DNA of 60,502 nucleotides from an uncultured virus (IMG/VR IMGVR_UViG_2061766007_000271) (taxonomy: Duplodnaviria > Heunggongvirae > Uroviricota > Caudoviricetes): IMG/VR virus record IMGVR_UViG_2061766007_000271; one strand, 5' to 3'. The translations under genes were made by a program, and so were the position numbers. Below the pieces are notes generated by a model. The model made no database searches, was not told where the DNA came from, and was given only the letters and a program-made list of their open reading frames with translations. Position 1 is the first letter of the stretch; each line of letters opens with the position of its first letter. Below are positions 37,298 through 47,627 of the stretch, piece after piece.

Positions 37298-37610
37298 TGG
37301 AAAACACCAGAAACCATCTAGGGTTCCTATAATGGTTTCCAGGGACTGGAAATAGGTCGTTATAAAAAGCAGATGATGCAATTCGCATGTCTTCGGCAAT
37401 GTTCCGTCATCATATTATTGCAATCGAGCATGTCATCGCTGTTGCAATCGATTGGCAATTTATCTTATTCCACAATGGTTTCGTATCCATCAATCCACAA
37501 TGTGCCGTTTTGCAATTGATTATTGGTCTTGCACATGCCTGGAAAATAGCGTGATTAAGATTTTCGTTTTTTCGTTGCTTGAAAACTGGGTGTCCAGCCC
37601 CGTGCACGCG

Positions 37611-37690
37611 ATTTTGAAAATTTCGATTTTTTGAAATTTTGGATTTTTGAAAATTTTGAAAATTTTGAAATTTTGGATTTTCAGAATTCT
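37611..37690. repeat. AT-rich TTTTGAAAA-type tandem repeats
   Basis: ~8 copies at 8-10 bp period. Confidence 0.7.
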
Positions 37691-37827
37691 GTGGATTTCC
37701 TGTTTTTCAAGTTTTTGCTTATATGACGCAAGTATAATAGAGCGTGAATGAGGCAACTCCTTTTTTGATGGAACTGTGGCAACAAGGACTCCTTCTGCCA
37801 CAACTTGTTTAAAAAGGAGAAAATGAA

Positions 37828-38598
37828 ATGAATAAGAACATTAAGATTGCGAAAGAACTAGTCAAGATTGCCAAAAGCCTTGTTGCTCTTGACGAAGAGG
37901 GAGACGGAAGTGGATTTCAAGTGATTCATGACATGGAGAATTCGGGCATGCATCCTCTTGACAACGAATTGGAGATAGGCAGGTTGAAATGGGAACGACT
38001 TGACAATGCCGAAAAACAAGGAAAGAAGTACATACTTTATAATTACAATAATTATCATGGTTTATCGAGAATTTGTGCCTGTAAGAATTTTGGCGATGTG
38101 AGAAAAGGTCATTTAGGTGGATTCGTTGAATCGGAAAATAATCTTTCACACGATGGAGACTGCTGGATATATGACGATGCAGCAGTTTATGAAAATGCTC
38201 AAGTTTCTGAAAATGCACATATTCGTGACAATTCTAAGATCTATGGCAATGCGAAGGTCTATGGCAAGGCTTCCATTTCTGGCAATGCCGAAGTTTGTGG
38301 CAATGTCAAGATATATGACACTGTTTATATTATTCAAAATGCGAATATTTGTGGCAATTCTGAGATTTATGGCAATGCAAGGGTTTATCAAAATGCTATG
38401 GTTTGTGGCGATGCGAAGGTCTATGGCAATGCCAAGATTTCTGAGCATGCATATGTTACTGGTGGTGAAGTCTATGACCATGCCAGTATCTATGGCAATG
38501 CAGACGTTAGTCAAAGTACAATCCATGGCACGGCTCGCATTTCTGGCGAGGCAATGATTTCTGGCGATGACGTTTCCGAAGGTGAAATCACCGAATAA
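37828..38598 (+). CDS. hexapeptide-repeat (left-handed beta-helix) protein with shared N-terminal peptide
   Basis: GDV.KG.LGGFVESE.NLS..G.CWIYD.A.V then VYGNAK repeats. Confidence 0.85.
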   Translation: MNKNIKIAKELVKIAKSLVALDEEGDGSGFQVIHDMENSGMHPLDNELEIGRLKWERLDNAEKQGKKYILYNYNNYHGLSRICACKNFGDVRKGHLGGFVESENNLSHDGDCWIYDDAAVYENAQVSENAHIRDNSKIYGNAKVYGKASISGNAEVCGNVKIYDTVYIIQNANICGNSEIYGNARVYQNAMVCGDAKVYGNAKISEHAYVTGGEVYDHASIYGNADVSQSTIHGTARISGEAMISGDDVSEGEITE

Positions 38599-38647
38599 TC
38601 AGATGCAACGGCGATAGCCATCCTTGTTCAGGAGCATGTGCCAATAG

Positions 38648-38678
38648 AAAAGCCACTGGGTTTCCAGTGGCTTTTTTT
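38648..38678. terminator. bidirectional terminator
   Basis: AAAAGCCACTGG/CCAGTGGCTTTT between convergent genes. Confidence 0.85.
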
Positions 38679-38735
38679 CATGTCAATGTATCGAGGATGC
38701 CTTTGATTCGGCGTGCATGGGCTGGCTGTTCTGGT

Positions 38736-39098
38736 TCACCTTGTCATCAGATTGTTGACTTCATCCATCTTCGTCTTCGCTTTCGGCAAGGAATCCAGAA
38801 GCTCTTTTGTCTTGTCGGCATCCAGGTTCTTGTAGTCGTCGCTCAACTGAATCATGGCATAAGGGCTGATGGATTTTTTATTTTTGCCCGTATGAAAGAC
38901 CCATGCCGCGACCACCACGTCATGAATTCCAGCGACAACGCATTCCATTTTTGTGGAAAACCTGTAATCGTCCTTTTCCGTAAAGCCCATTCCTTTCAGC
39001 TTTTCTATCATGGCTTCATCCCGCCCGTTGTCATCCGTGCCTTGAAGTTCTTTCGCCAGCTTGATGAGTTCCCTTGCGATTTTAATGTTTCTGTCCAT
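38736..39098 (-). CDS. hypothetical protein with shared N-terminal peptide
   Basis: MDRNIKIARELIKLAKEL; AAGGAGG SD. Confidence 0.85.
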   Translation of the reverse strand: MDRNIKIARELIKLAKELQGTDDNGRDEAMIEKLKGMGFTEKDDYRFSTKMECVVAGIHDVVVAAWVFHTGKNKKSISPYAMIQLSDDYKNLDADKTKELLDSLPKAKTKMDEVNNLMTR

Positions 39099-39236
39099 TT
39101 TTCATTTTCCTCCTTGAATAATTAGAATTAATGACAATGACTAATTCATCCAGAATCATGTTGGTCATGGGACTTCTTCAATATGCCAGGATGATTCTGA
39201 ACACCGTGGGGCATTCATTTATTCATCTGCCACTCG

Positions 39237-39701
39237 CTATTGTAGAAGTGAACTGTTTTCTTGTATTCCCGCCAAATCCCAATAGGCATTCGAAGATGCT
39301 TGGGAATTATTGTAATTTTCATCTGCAATACTATCTATCAGTTCAAAGTCATTTTTGCCATCATTTGTTTTACTGCATTTGTATGTTTCAAAAAATTGAA
39401 ACTTATCCCAAGGCAAAGAGTTGCTTTCTCCCCAGCTGCTGAATGATTCCATTTCCTCTTTCGTGTTTCCACAGGAATAAAGTGTTCCCCTCTTATCATG
39501 TTTATCTTTGATTGCAATGGCTATGTATTTGTTATTTTCACAAAGATAGTTGCTTATGTCTTCTATTTCATTTTCATTCAGCTTCTTCAATTCAATTGGA
39601 AGAGGTGGCAATCTATACTGCTTAGTATTTTGTTCAGAATTGCTTGCCAACAATTTCGCCAGCTTCACCAGTTGCTTCGCGATTTTAATGTTTCTGTCCA
39701 T
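39237..39701 (-). CDS. hypothetical protein with shared N-terminal peptide
   Basis: MDRNIKIAKQLVKLAKLLA. Confidence 0.85.
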   Translation of the reverse strand: MDRNIKIAKQLVKLAKLLASNSEQNTKQYRLPPLPIELKKLNENEIEDISNYLCENNKYIAIAIKDKHDKRGTLYSCGNTKEEMESFSSWGESNSLPWDKFQFFETYKCSKTNDGKNDFELIDSIADENYNNSQASSNAYWDLAGIQENSSLLQ

Positions 39702-39998
39702 CGTTGAAACTCCTTGTCTTTAAAACAGATGTGGCGAAGAGGACTTCTCTTCGCCACGGTTCCATTGAAAAGAAGAAGTTGCCTTTTTTTACATTATTGT
39801 ACCATATAAATGAAAAATGGCATGCTTGATTCGAGGCAGTGCATGATTATGTCCAGTTGCATGTCATCTTGGGGGAGGAAAGAGATTTGCCATTATTGGA
39901 AACCAATGTATATAATTCCCCTTTTTTAACATTCTGTTTATGGATGAAGTGTATAATATACGATGGATTTGCTTTTTGTTTTTACTGGGAGAACCGAT

Positions 39999-40193
39999 AT
40001 GGATGAGAATGTGAGACTGGCTGGGGAGCTTCTTCGCTGTGCGAGGGGCATCGTAGCGTGGAAGAAATTCCCCGTCGACTACAGGATGCAGGACATGCCT
40101 AGGCGTGATGCCGTATTGGAGAGGATTTCCGGCTATGTCACGCAACTGGAGACGATGGAGAGGTTGCTTGAAAGCGACGGCTCGGTCTGCTAG
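39999..40193 (+). CDS. hypothetical protein with shared N-terminal peptide (possibly split gene)
   Basis: MDENVRLAGELLRCARGIVA; GGAGA SD. Confidence 0.65.
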   Translation: MDENVRLAGELLRCARGIVAWKKFPVDYRMQDMPRRDAVLERISGYVTQLETMERLLESDGSVC

Positions 40194-40230
40194 ACGGGGA
40201 TGCTTGAGGTGCTGAGGGAGTTCGAGGACT

Positions 40231-40587
40231 ATGTGCAGGGGAATCTGTGAAAGGGTCGCGAAGAGGATTGTCGGCAGGTCGCAGATGGACAAGACCTGCA
40301 CCGTGAATGGCGACAGCCTTGTTCTGAGGATAGAGGAGTCCATCTTCATCCAGTTCGACGCCTACAGGCTTGACAAGCTGGATGCCGACGCAAATGGCTT
40401 CCAGCAGGATGTCGACATGGAAATGGAGATGATTGGCTGCAACGCACGTTGCGAGCACGACGAGATAAACATAAGGGTCGACAAGGAGAGCAACCTGTTC
40501 GTGTTCTCATATGAGTTCACGTTGCCGAACAACGGCGTGTTGCTTGAGAGCGTGAAGACCCACGAGTGGCTGGTGAAGGAGGTTTGA
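40231..40587 (+). CDS. hypothetical protein
   Basis: ORF track, operon position. Confidence 0.7.
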   Translation: MCRGICERVAKRIVGRSQMDKTCTVNGDSLVLRIEESIFIQFDAYRLDKLDADANGFQQDVDMEMEMIGCNARCEHDEINIRVDKESNLFVFSYEFTLPNNGVLLESVKTHEWLVKEV

Positions 40588-40590
40588 TTC

Positions 40591-41430
40591 ATGTCTATAA
40601 ACGCATGCATACGTGACGGAAGGGGCGTTCTCGCAGGGTGCATAACGGACTCTGCAGTGGAGGCGTTCAAGGAGGCGTTCCTCGAGCTGAAGGGGAAGTA
40701 CTTCGGGGATGCGGTGGCGCCCGTGGTGGGCGTGATGGAGAAGTCATTGGTGCAGACTGTCGACAAGAGGACTGCCGACTTCCTGAACTGCCTGAAGTTG
40801 CTGTCGAGGAAGTACAGGGATGACGCACCGATTGGCTTCGTGCAGGATGTGAGCAGGAGATACCACGAGCTGGTGAGATACTGTTGCTCGCAGGTGGTGT
40901 ACGACGAGGTGCTGGATGAGACCATAAGCCAGTTCAGGTCGGCTGGTCTGGAGTACGTGGGGGCGAATGCGAGGGGCTTTGATCAAAGCTCGTGCCTCTT
41001 CGAGTACCGTGGCTGGAAGGTGTCGGTGAGAATGAGGGAGAAGGGCGACCTGTACCGGATGTGGGATGCCAACGCCGAAGGCGGGACTGTGGCGGTCGTC
41101 TCGCACGACGGGGACGAGTACACCGACGAGATACCTGGCGACGCCGTGGACGTGGCTGAGGAGATAGTCGCGTTCATAGACGAGAGGGAGAGGGAACGCA
41201 ACCTTGATGAGGGCGTGCCCGAGGAGGAGCTGGACAGTGTCCTTGACGACGACGGGCTTGACATGGATGAGCTCGATGAGCTTGACGAGCAACTGGATGA
41301 GCTCGACGGGCGGAATGGCATCGGCGACCTCGACGAGGACATCGGCGATGCGCTGGATGAGGCGTCTGGAGACGACGACGGCGTGTTGCAGGGCATACTC
41401 GACGTCATCAGGGAGCTTGTGGAGGGCTGA
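40591..41430 (+). CDS. hypothetical protein with very acidic C-terminus
   Basis: GGAGG SD; strong codon bias. Confidence 0.85.
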   Translation: MSINACIRDGRGVLAGCITDSAVEAFKEAFLELKGKYFGDAVAPVVGVMEKSLVQTVDKRTADFLNCLKLLSRKYRDDAPIGFVQDVSRRYHELVRYCCSQVVYDEVLDETISQFRSAGLEYVGANARGFDQSSCLFEYRGWKVSVRMREKGDLYRMWDANAEGGTVAVVSHDGDEYTDEIPGDAVDVAEEIVAFIDERERERNLDEGVPEEELDSVLDDDGLDMDELDELDEQLDELDGRNGIGDLDEDIGDALDEASGDDDGVLQGILDVIRELVEG

Positions 41431-42026
41431 TGTACATATCGCCGATAAACATAATCAAGGGTCTTCATGGCGTGATAGAGGCGAACAGGGAGAACATAGA
41501 GCGTGTCATAAGGCACTACAGGTCGAATGACACGCTGCACATATTCGACGGTCTGAGGAAGACGTTGCCGATGAGTGCGTATCCCTCTCTGGAGTTCGAC
41601 CCCGTGTCGGCGAGCGTGGAGTGGACGCACACGTCGGCACAGACTGGCGAGTACCAGATTGAGTGCTACCTCACCGTGAAGAACAGCGACGAGGAGTACT
41701 CCGCCGAGTACGTGAGCGAGGTGGCGAGGAGCATCCTGAAGGTGCTCAACTACCCCGACAGCATGTGCTTCAGGATACCCAACGAGTACTACCAGAGCGA
41801 CGACGAGAACAATCCGCACAAGTACCCCATATGGCTCCAGTTCGGGAACGTGTCGAGCGTGAACTACAGGAACACCATCGACGGCTCGCTCACGGTGGCG
41901 ATGTTCACGTGGTCGGGGCGTGTGCTGGAGTACTTCGACTACAGGGGTGACGGACCGCACAGGATAGACTGGAAGCACGACATCCTCATTGGCACGGACG
42001 AGGATGACAGGCAAGAAGAGCCGTGA
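41430..42026 (+). CDS. putative tail completion/terminator-like protein
   Basis: YPSL motif, beta-rich, precedes tube-like gene (function inferred). Confidence 0.45.
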   Translation: MYISPINIIKGLHGVIEANRENIERVIRHYRSNDTLHIFDGLRKTLPMSAYPSLEFDPVSASVEWTHTSAQTGEYQIECYLTVKNSDEEYSAEYVSEVARSILKVLNYPDSMCFRIPNEYYQSDDENNPHKYPIWLQFGNVSSVNYRNTIDGSLTVAMFTWSGRVLEYFDYRGDGPHRIDWKHDILIGTDEDDRQEEP

Positions 42027-42086
42027 CAGGTTTTTTAATTTCCATTTATATGGAATCATAATGTAGAATGGGAGTTTCTTTTCACA

Positions 42087-42287
42087 ATGGCAGTCAAATC
42101 GGAACAAATCGAATATCTCAAGTTCAGGAAGTCGCTGGACAAGGCGCTTCGTGACAACGAGTTGCTCAAAGTCGACTACGAGTACGACCTCGGCAGGAAG
42201 GATGTGCTGGATGATTCAAAGTCTCTTCTCGGGCATCTTGAGGAAATCGACGATGCCCTCAGAAAAATAAGGGAGATGATGAGATGA
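42087..42287 (+). CDS. hypothetical protein
   Basis: ORF; ATGA coupling. Confidence 0.7.
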   Translation: MAVKSEQIEYLKFRKSLDKALRDNELLKVDYEYDLGRKDVLDDSKSLLGHLEEIDDALRKIREMMR

Positions 42288-42499
42288 CACCGGGGAAAGG
42301 GAAGTACAACGCACTTGACGCCGACAGGAAGCTGATGGAGCTTGTGAAGCTGGAACTGGCGATGAAGAAACATTTTGTTTATGTCGACCACATAGATGAA
42401 CTGAGGCACAAGACGCTTGTGATAAGGGACTTCGACAATGCGATAAGTATTGTCGGCGAGATGATAAAGAGATTGAAGGAACTTCGGAGAAATATTTAA
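42284..42499 (+). CDS. hypothetical protein
   Basis: ORF; ATGA coupling. Confidence 0.7.
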   Translation: MTPGKGKYNALDADRKLMELVKLELAMKKHFVYVDHIDELRHKTLVIRDFDNAISIVGEMIKRLKELRRNI

Positions 42500-42526
42500 A
42501 CCAATACAAGAGAGGAGAATTGGATT

Positions 42527-43456
42527 ATGGCAGGTATCATGAGTTTTTCACACGCGGTTGGATACCGTGGGAAGGCAGCGGTTGGCGGAGCCACATTGCT
42601 CTGCACAGGTGGCAACATCAGCCTCAACCAAGACCCGATAATGTCTGGTGGCGTCTGGGGCGCTGGCTATCAGAATGCAGCGCCTATCGCATATGCATTC
42701 AACTACCTTTCCTTGGAAGGCAGTTGCAACTTCGAATGGGTAGTTCCCAAGTCAGGTGGCACAAGCACCACGGTGTGGTCGGCATTGAAGAAATTCGCCA
42801 TCACAGACAGGACGACGGCGACTTCCATTTCATTGCTTCCAGACGGGAAGAATGGATTCTCTGGAGACGGCTGGTGCTCTTCATTGTCATTCGAGGCTTC
42901 AGAAGGAGCAGCACTTACTGGCTCGTTCAACTTCAAGGGAGATCCAAGCGATGAGGTTGGCGGAATCATAGCTTCAGGTGAAGGCGACACTTCCAAGAAG
43001 GGAACTGGCACACCAGTAGAAAGCGGGCTTGTCGGTGCAGTGCTGATTCCATATTGGCAGACATTGGTTCAATCAAAAAAAGCAAGCGAAACCACATACA
43101 GCAACATGTCCAACATCATCAACTGGTCATGCTCATATAATTCAGACCTTCAAGTCCTGAAATGCTGCAACTATCAGGCAACTGCCCCAATCGCCCCCGA
43201 CTACATCCTGTGTGGCGAAATGTCTGGCGAAGGAAGCTACACCGTGTTCACGATAAAGGGTGATTTCAATCCCAAGTCATATCACGAGGTGAAAGGACTT
43301 TCATTCAAAATAGGCGACGCAGGATCGGTCACCATAGCAAAGGTACTTGTGAGCAGTGGCTCCACTTCAATGACCACTGGTGCCTCATATGTGACATGCG
43401 ACTTCTCATTCACCGCCATTGGCGACGGCGTGAACCCGATACTGCAGATGAGCTGA
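42527..43456 (+). CDS. putative major tail tube protein
   Basis: G/S/T-rich beta pattern, strong SD, own terminator; paralog of 43621 and 46076. Confidence 0.55.
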   Translation: MAGIMSFSHAVGYRGKAAVGGATLLCTGGNISLNQDPIMSGGVWGAGYQNAAPIAYAFNYLSLEGSCNFEWVVPKSGGTSTTVWSALKKFAITDRTTATSISLLPDGKNGFSGDGWCSSLSFEASEGAALTGSFNFKGDPSDEVGGIIASGEGDTSKKGTGTPVESGLVGAVLIPYWQTLVQSKKASETTYSNMSNIINWSCSYNSDLQVLKCCNYQATAPIAPDYILCGEMSGEGSYTVFTIKGDFNPKSYHEVKGLSFKIGDAGSVTIAKVLVSSGSTSMTTGASYVTCDFSFTAIGDGVNPILQMS

Positions 43457-43491
43457 TATTTGCTGATTGAAGTTCATTCGGATTCTGTTTC

Positions 43492-43526
43492 AAGGCTCCA
43501 CATCATTCTTTGATGTGGAGCCTTTT
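43492..43526 (+). terminator. intrinsic terminator
   Basis: AAGGCTCCACATCA/TGATGTGGAGCCTT + T. Confidence 0.8.
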
Positions 43527-43620
43527 GCTATGCAAACTGAATCGTCATGGATTTGCAGAAGTATAATAAGTCAATGCATTGTCTTTACATATAATACATT
43601 TCAATAAAATCCATATCATC

Positions 43621-44601
43621 ATGTCAATAGGCTTTATATTAAACGGATATACTGGGTATGCCTTTATCGGTGGCATACAGGTGTTGCTTACTTCCTATTC
43701 GCTGACAAGTTCGGAAAACATAATCGGCAATGACGCTGTTGGCAACATCATCAACTCAAGTGGCAAATTCACGAGGACGAAGTTGAATTCCGTGCGTGAC
43801 TATCCGACGCATGAGATTTCAATGAGCTTCGACGTGCAGAAGAAGATACTCAGAAAAATACTCAAGAAGGCGACAAGCAAGTACTATTCATTCACACCTG
43901 TTTCATTCAAGGATGAAGCCAACGGCATCAACCTTTCCTGGAACGACGCATGCCTTACCTCCTTCTCGCTGTCCGTTTCAAATAATTCGCAGGCTAGCAT
44001 GTCAGTGAGTTTTTCGTGCTATTCAGATTCTGCTGACATTTCATTCGGAACGCACAACAAGTCGACAAAGCACAATGCCCCGGTAAGATTTAGGGGTGAA
44101 GTGCTGATGCCATATTACAAATGGGGTGTGTCCTATCCATTTTTCAAAGATGGCGACCTGTATGAATTCACAATTTCATACAGCAGGTCTGTCACTCCGA
44201 AATTCGGTTGCGAAGGCAAGACGAACAATAACAACGCAATTGCCCCGAAATATGTGATTTTCGGAGTGCCAGACATAAAATACGAATTGACATATCTGGT
44301 ATGTCATGCGACAACCACGTCATGGCACAATATAAACGCAAATGAAATAGCAAATAGAAATGCGAATTTTGATCTAAGCACTTTCAAGAGCAACGAACTT
44401 GTTGTAAAATACAACGACGGGGTCAAATTCAAATTGACCAACTGCTATCCTGATTCATATTCGCCAAGCTATGGAAATTCTGGAGATTTCAACAAAATCA
44501 CCATGTCAGGAACATGCTATGGTGCCTTGACGGACATAAACATACAGCTTGACGAAGATGATGAATACGAAGAAGATGATGACGAAAAAGACAAAAACTG
44601 A
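43621..44601 (+). CDS. tail-tube-like paralog
   Basis: GY.G.A.IGG, LMPYY motif. Confidence 0.5.
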   Translation: MSIGFILNGYTGYAFIGGIQVLLTSYSLTSSENIIGNDAVGNIINSSGKFTRTKLNSVRDYPTHEISMSFDVQKKILRKILKKATSKYYSFTPVSFKDEANGINLSWNDACLTSFSLSVSNNSQASMSVSFSCYSDSADISFGTHNKSTKHNAPVRFRGEVLMPYYKWGVSYPFFKDGDLYEFTISYSRSVTPKFGCEGKTNNNNAIAPKYVIFGVPDIKYELTYLVCHATTTSWHNINANEIANRNANFDLSTFKSNELVVKYNDGVKFKLTNCYPDSYSPSYGNSGDFNKITMSGTCYGALTDINIQLDEDDEYEEDDDEKDKN

Positions 44602-44618
44602 GTAAAACGAATTGACAC

Positions 44619-45356
44619 ATGGGAACTGCAAAATTCAATGAGGATGGCTTGCTGGTTGATTCTGAAACAGGCATGCCCATTGGCACGAAGCACGGGAACA
44701 CGACGGTCATTGATTCATCGGGTGCAGAAATGAAGACTCTCGAGGACTATGGAGTGCTGTTACCTGATTTCCCTGAGGATGAATCAACCGACAATGATGA
44801 CAAGGATGACGACGAGGATTTCAAGATGGTTGGAGGAGGAAAGAACATTCCCGTCAATGAAAAGAAGCATGTCGATTCCAGTCCAGCAAATTCCAATCAT
44901 ATTGATAATGGAATCACTTCGTACAAGGTGAAAAGGACAAAGTATGAAATCACCAAGGATTCTTATTTCATAATAAGATTCGGTCTTGTGCAGAAGGAGG
45001 ACGGTCGGTTCGTCCCAATCAGGCATGACGCCGTGGATGAGACGCCCAAGGCGGAAAGCCACTGGGTCAAGTTCAGGATGTGGAGCTATGACGAGGAACT
45101 TCAATGGAAATCGGATTTCATGGAATACAACAGCTCCTCCAAGATGCAGATGATAAATCAGGACAAGCTGAATGAATGCAAGCTGAAGCATCTCATGCTG
45201 GACTGGTCATTCGGTGGCTATGACGATCGTCTGAAGCTGTTGCACTGCGACGGAGTGCTGTCCGACGAGTCATATGGCATCATCAAGGGCATGTACCCCT
45301 CCATTGTGGTGACGATAATAGACCTGATGAATCTTGTGCTGGAGAGCAACCAATGA
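44619..45356 (+). CDS. putative tail assembly chaperone-like protein
   Basis: L.DW...LSDES...I..M.P motif shared with 45353 and 47024. Confidence 0.45.
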   Translation: MGTAKFNEDGLLVDSETGMPIGTKHGNTTVIDSSGAEMKTLEDYGVLLPDFPEDESTDNDDKDDDEDFKMVGGGKNIPVNEKKHVDSSPANSNHIDNGITSYKVKRTKYEITKDSYFIIRFGLVQKEDGRFVPIRHDAVDETPKAESHWVKFRMWSYDEELQWKSDFMEYNSSSKMQMINQDKLNECKLKHLMLDWSFGGYDDRLKLLHCDGVLSDESYGIIKGMYPSIVVTIIDLMNLVLESNQ

Positions 45357-46054
45357 AGGACAATTCTTCCATAAGCGAGCATGACATACGGAAATACATA
45401 AATCCCGAGACGGAAAAATACTCCGTCTGGGTATATGGCGACGGCGAAGACCTCAAGGTATATGAGAAGGAGATGCCCAACACCACGGAAATATGGTTCA
45501 GATTCAACAAGTTCAGCCATATCTACTGGAAACTGTTCGAGGATGAATGCATCGACGAAATCCACAACGCATTGTTCTACAATTTCACGAAGCTCAAGAG
45601 GTTCATGCTGACGAGACTGCTCTGCGAGACGAATTTCTCCGACATCGAGATATCATATGATTCCAACGGCATGCTGTCGAAGGAATCATATGAGCAGGTG
45701 ATGTCGTTGCATCCCAGAATACTCCGTTGCCTGATGAACAAAATCGACGTGTTCCCAAGAAAGATGAAGAAAAATGAGGAAAAGGAATTCGAGAAGCAAT
45801 GCCACAAGCTGTTCGGAAAGGGAGAGGGCGTGCAGAATCCACATCCGTACATAACAACCTACTGCAATCTTGTGGCTTTCTGGGACAAGTTCGGGCTCAA
45901 CTATTTCGACATAATGAGTCTTCCTCAGGATTTGTTCATCATTCTGAAACGGGTGCTTTCAATGGAGTCCAATTCCAAGAGCGAGGAAATTACCAGCATG
46001 AAGGCAAGTTCGCAAGGGACTGGCAGGCGTGGAAGCAGGGCAATGAGATTCTGA
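45353..46054 (+). CDS. putative tail chaperone-like paralog
   Basis: LSKES...LHP; C-terminal FG....IMSLP. Confidence 0.45.
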   Translation: MKDNSSISEHDIRKYINPETEKYSVWVYGDGEDLKVYEKEMPNTTEIWFRFNKFSHIYWKLFEDECIDEIHNALFYNFTKLKRFMLTRLLCETNFSDIEISYDSNGMLSKESYEQVMSLHPRILRCLMNKIDVFPRKMKKNEEKEFEKQCHKLFGKGEGVQNPHPYITTYCNLVAFWDKFGLNYFDIMSLPQDLFIILKRVLSMESNSKSEEITSMKASSQGTGRRGSRAMRF

Positions 46055-46075
46055 TTTCAATCGAGAGACAGACAA

Positions 46076-46936
46076 ATGGACAGCAACAATACATTTGCAA
46101 TCGGATATGGAGCCTGGGCGAAGATAGATTTCAAGGAAAGCAAGACTAACTATCACAATGGCACTTCCATGGAGTCGAAAGGCAAGCTTCTGCAAGTGAC
46201 CAACGCCAGCATTTCGAGGACAAGGAACATACCGACTGTCAATTCATATTATCTGCCATATCTGTCCAGCGACGGGGCGACCAGTCCGATTAGACTTGGC
46301 GACGGCACGTATACTTTCACTGGTGAGCTGTCATTCCAGATGACAAAGGGCGTTGTCGACAATCTGTTCAAATCAGATCTTTTCAGCAGGAATTCATGGT
46401 TCTCGCTTTCATTGTACGACGGCAGGAAGGAAATCGGAATCTCCAATTGCGTATGGTCTGGCATAAACATCAATTGCGCCCCTGGTGGAACCGTGACAAT
46501 GAGCATTTCGTATTCAAGCAACAATGGATATCACACAGATTTCATGATAAGCAAAAACGTCTCCAGCATTTCATATGACGACAACGATTTTCTCATTCCG
46601 TATTGGCAATGTGGACATGAGAATTTCCTTGATTTTTCCATTTCATTCAGCAGAAACGTAACGCCAGTGTTTCTCAACAACGACCTGTATGTTCCGTCGT
46701 ATCTGAGACCTGGTCTTGCTGAAATCAGCCTCAATGCGACAACATTGACATACATAAGTTCATGGGGTTCGGAAATAGACGTGAAAATAGGCAAGAGCCA
46801 TGGGATAAAACTGCTCAAGGCTGCGTTGCAGTCATGCCAGTACAACATGTCGTCGATGAATGATGTCGGTGCAATCACTTATACTTGGAATTCAATCGGC
46901 ACCTCGGCGACGACAAGCATCTTTTCCATATACTGA
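46076..46936 (+). CDS. tail-tube-like paralog
   Basis: GYGA.A.I, LIPYWQ motif. Confidence 0.5.
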   Translation: MDSNNTFAIGYGAWAKIDFKESKTNYHNGTSMESKGKLLQVTNASISRTRNIPTVNSYYLPYLSSDGATSPIRLGDGTYTFTGELSFQMTKGVVDNLFKSDLFSRNSWFSLSLYDGRKEIGISNCVWSGININCAPGGTVTMSISYSSNNGYHTDFMISKNVSSISYDDNDFLIPYWQCGHENFLDFSISFSRNVTPVFLNNDLYVPSYLRPGLAEISLNATTLTYISSWGSEIDVKIGKSHGIKLLKAALQSCQYNMSSMNDVGAITYTWNSIGTSATTSIFSIY

Positions 46937-47023
46937 AAGCCAAATGGTATAATAACGGAAAACAGCATTTTCTACATTGCAGTTTATAGTAAACTGTCGG
47001 TAAAAAAAAGGAGTAATAGAATT

Positions 47024-47608
47024 ATGGATGAGGAAAAAAACGAAGCAATGACGGCACCAGTCGCCAGTCAGTCAACCGAGGCAAAGCAGGAGGAAATCAA
47101 AGTGGAAGACAACAATCAGAATGCAGAGCAATCAGCAACCGTTGAAAAGAAGAAAGTAGTGCCACGCATTTTCTTCAAGCAGGATTCAAAGGTCGAGATT
47201 TCAATCAACGGCTATCACAACAACGAGACAGGCGAGCTTGCATTCGCATTGCCTGTTGAAGACAAGGAAGCCAACGACGAAACATTCACCGATCTGTTCA
47301 CAAAGGTGAACTACAAGTTCTGGTTCAGCCGTTGCCCATACGACAAGTACAACCGCTACCGTTCACGCTCGATGATATACAACAGTGAAGACCAGAACAA
47401 CACAATCAACGAGCTCAGATTGCGTGAGTTCTTTCTCGTGTTCCATCTGGTGGACTGGAACCTCACCGACGAGGATGGCAACAAGGTGGAATTGAAGTTC
47501 GACCCGAACAAGGCGTTGAGCGACGAGTCGCTGAAGCTCATCTATACGTTGCCCAATACGTTGCTGGATGTCGTGCTGTCGCAGTATGAGAAGAAGATGT
47601 CGCTGTAA
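47024..47608 (+). CDS. putative tail assembly chaperone
   Basis: LVDWNLTDEDG...LSDESL..I..LP. Confidence 0.55.
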   Translation: MDEEKNEAMTAPVASQSTEAKQEEIKVEDNNQNAEQSATVEKKKVVPRIFFKQDSKVEISINGYHNNETGELAFALPVEDKEANDETFTDLFTKVNYKFWFSRCPYDKYNRYRSRSMIYNSEDQNNTINELRLREFFLVFHLVDWNLTDEDGNKVELKFDPNKALSDESLKLIYTLPNTLLDVVLSQYEKKMSL

Positions 47609-47627
47609 TAATAGTCATTCATGAAAC

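Noticed and set aside
40191..40193. Amber stop-codon reassignment
   Set aside because: Long genes are intact under code 11 and other TAGs end genes normally.
40362..42107. Long minus-strand ORFs (187, 182, 374 aa)
   Set aside because: Shadows of GC3-biased plus-strand genes.
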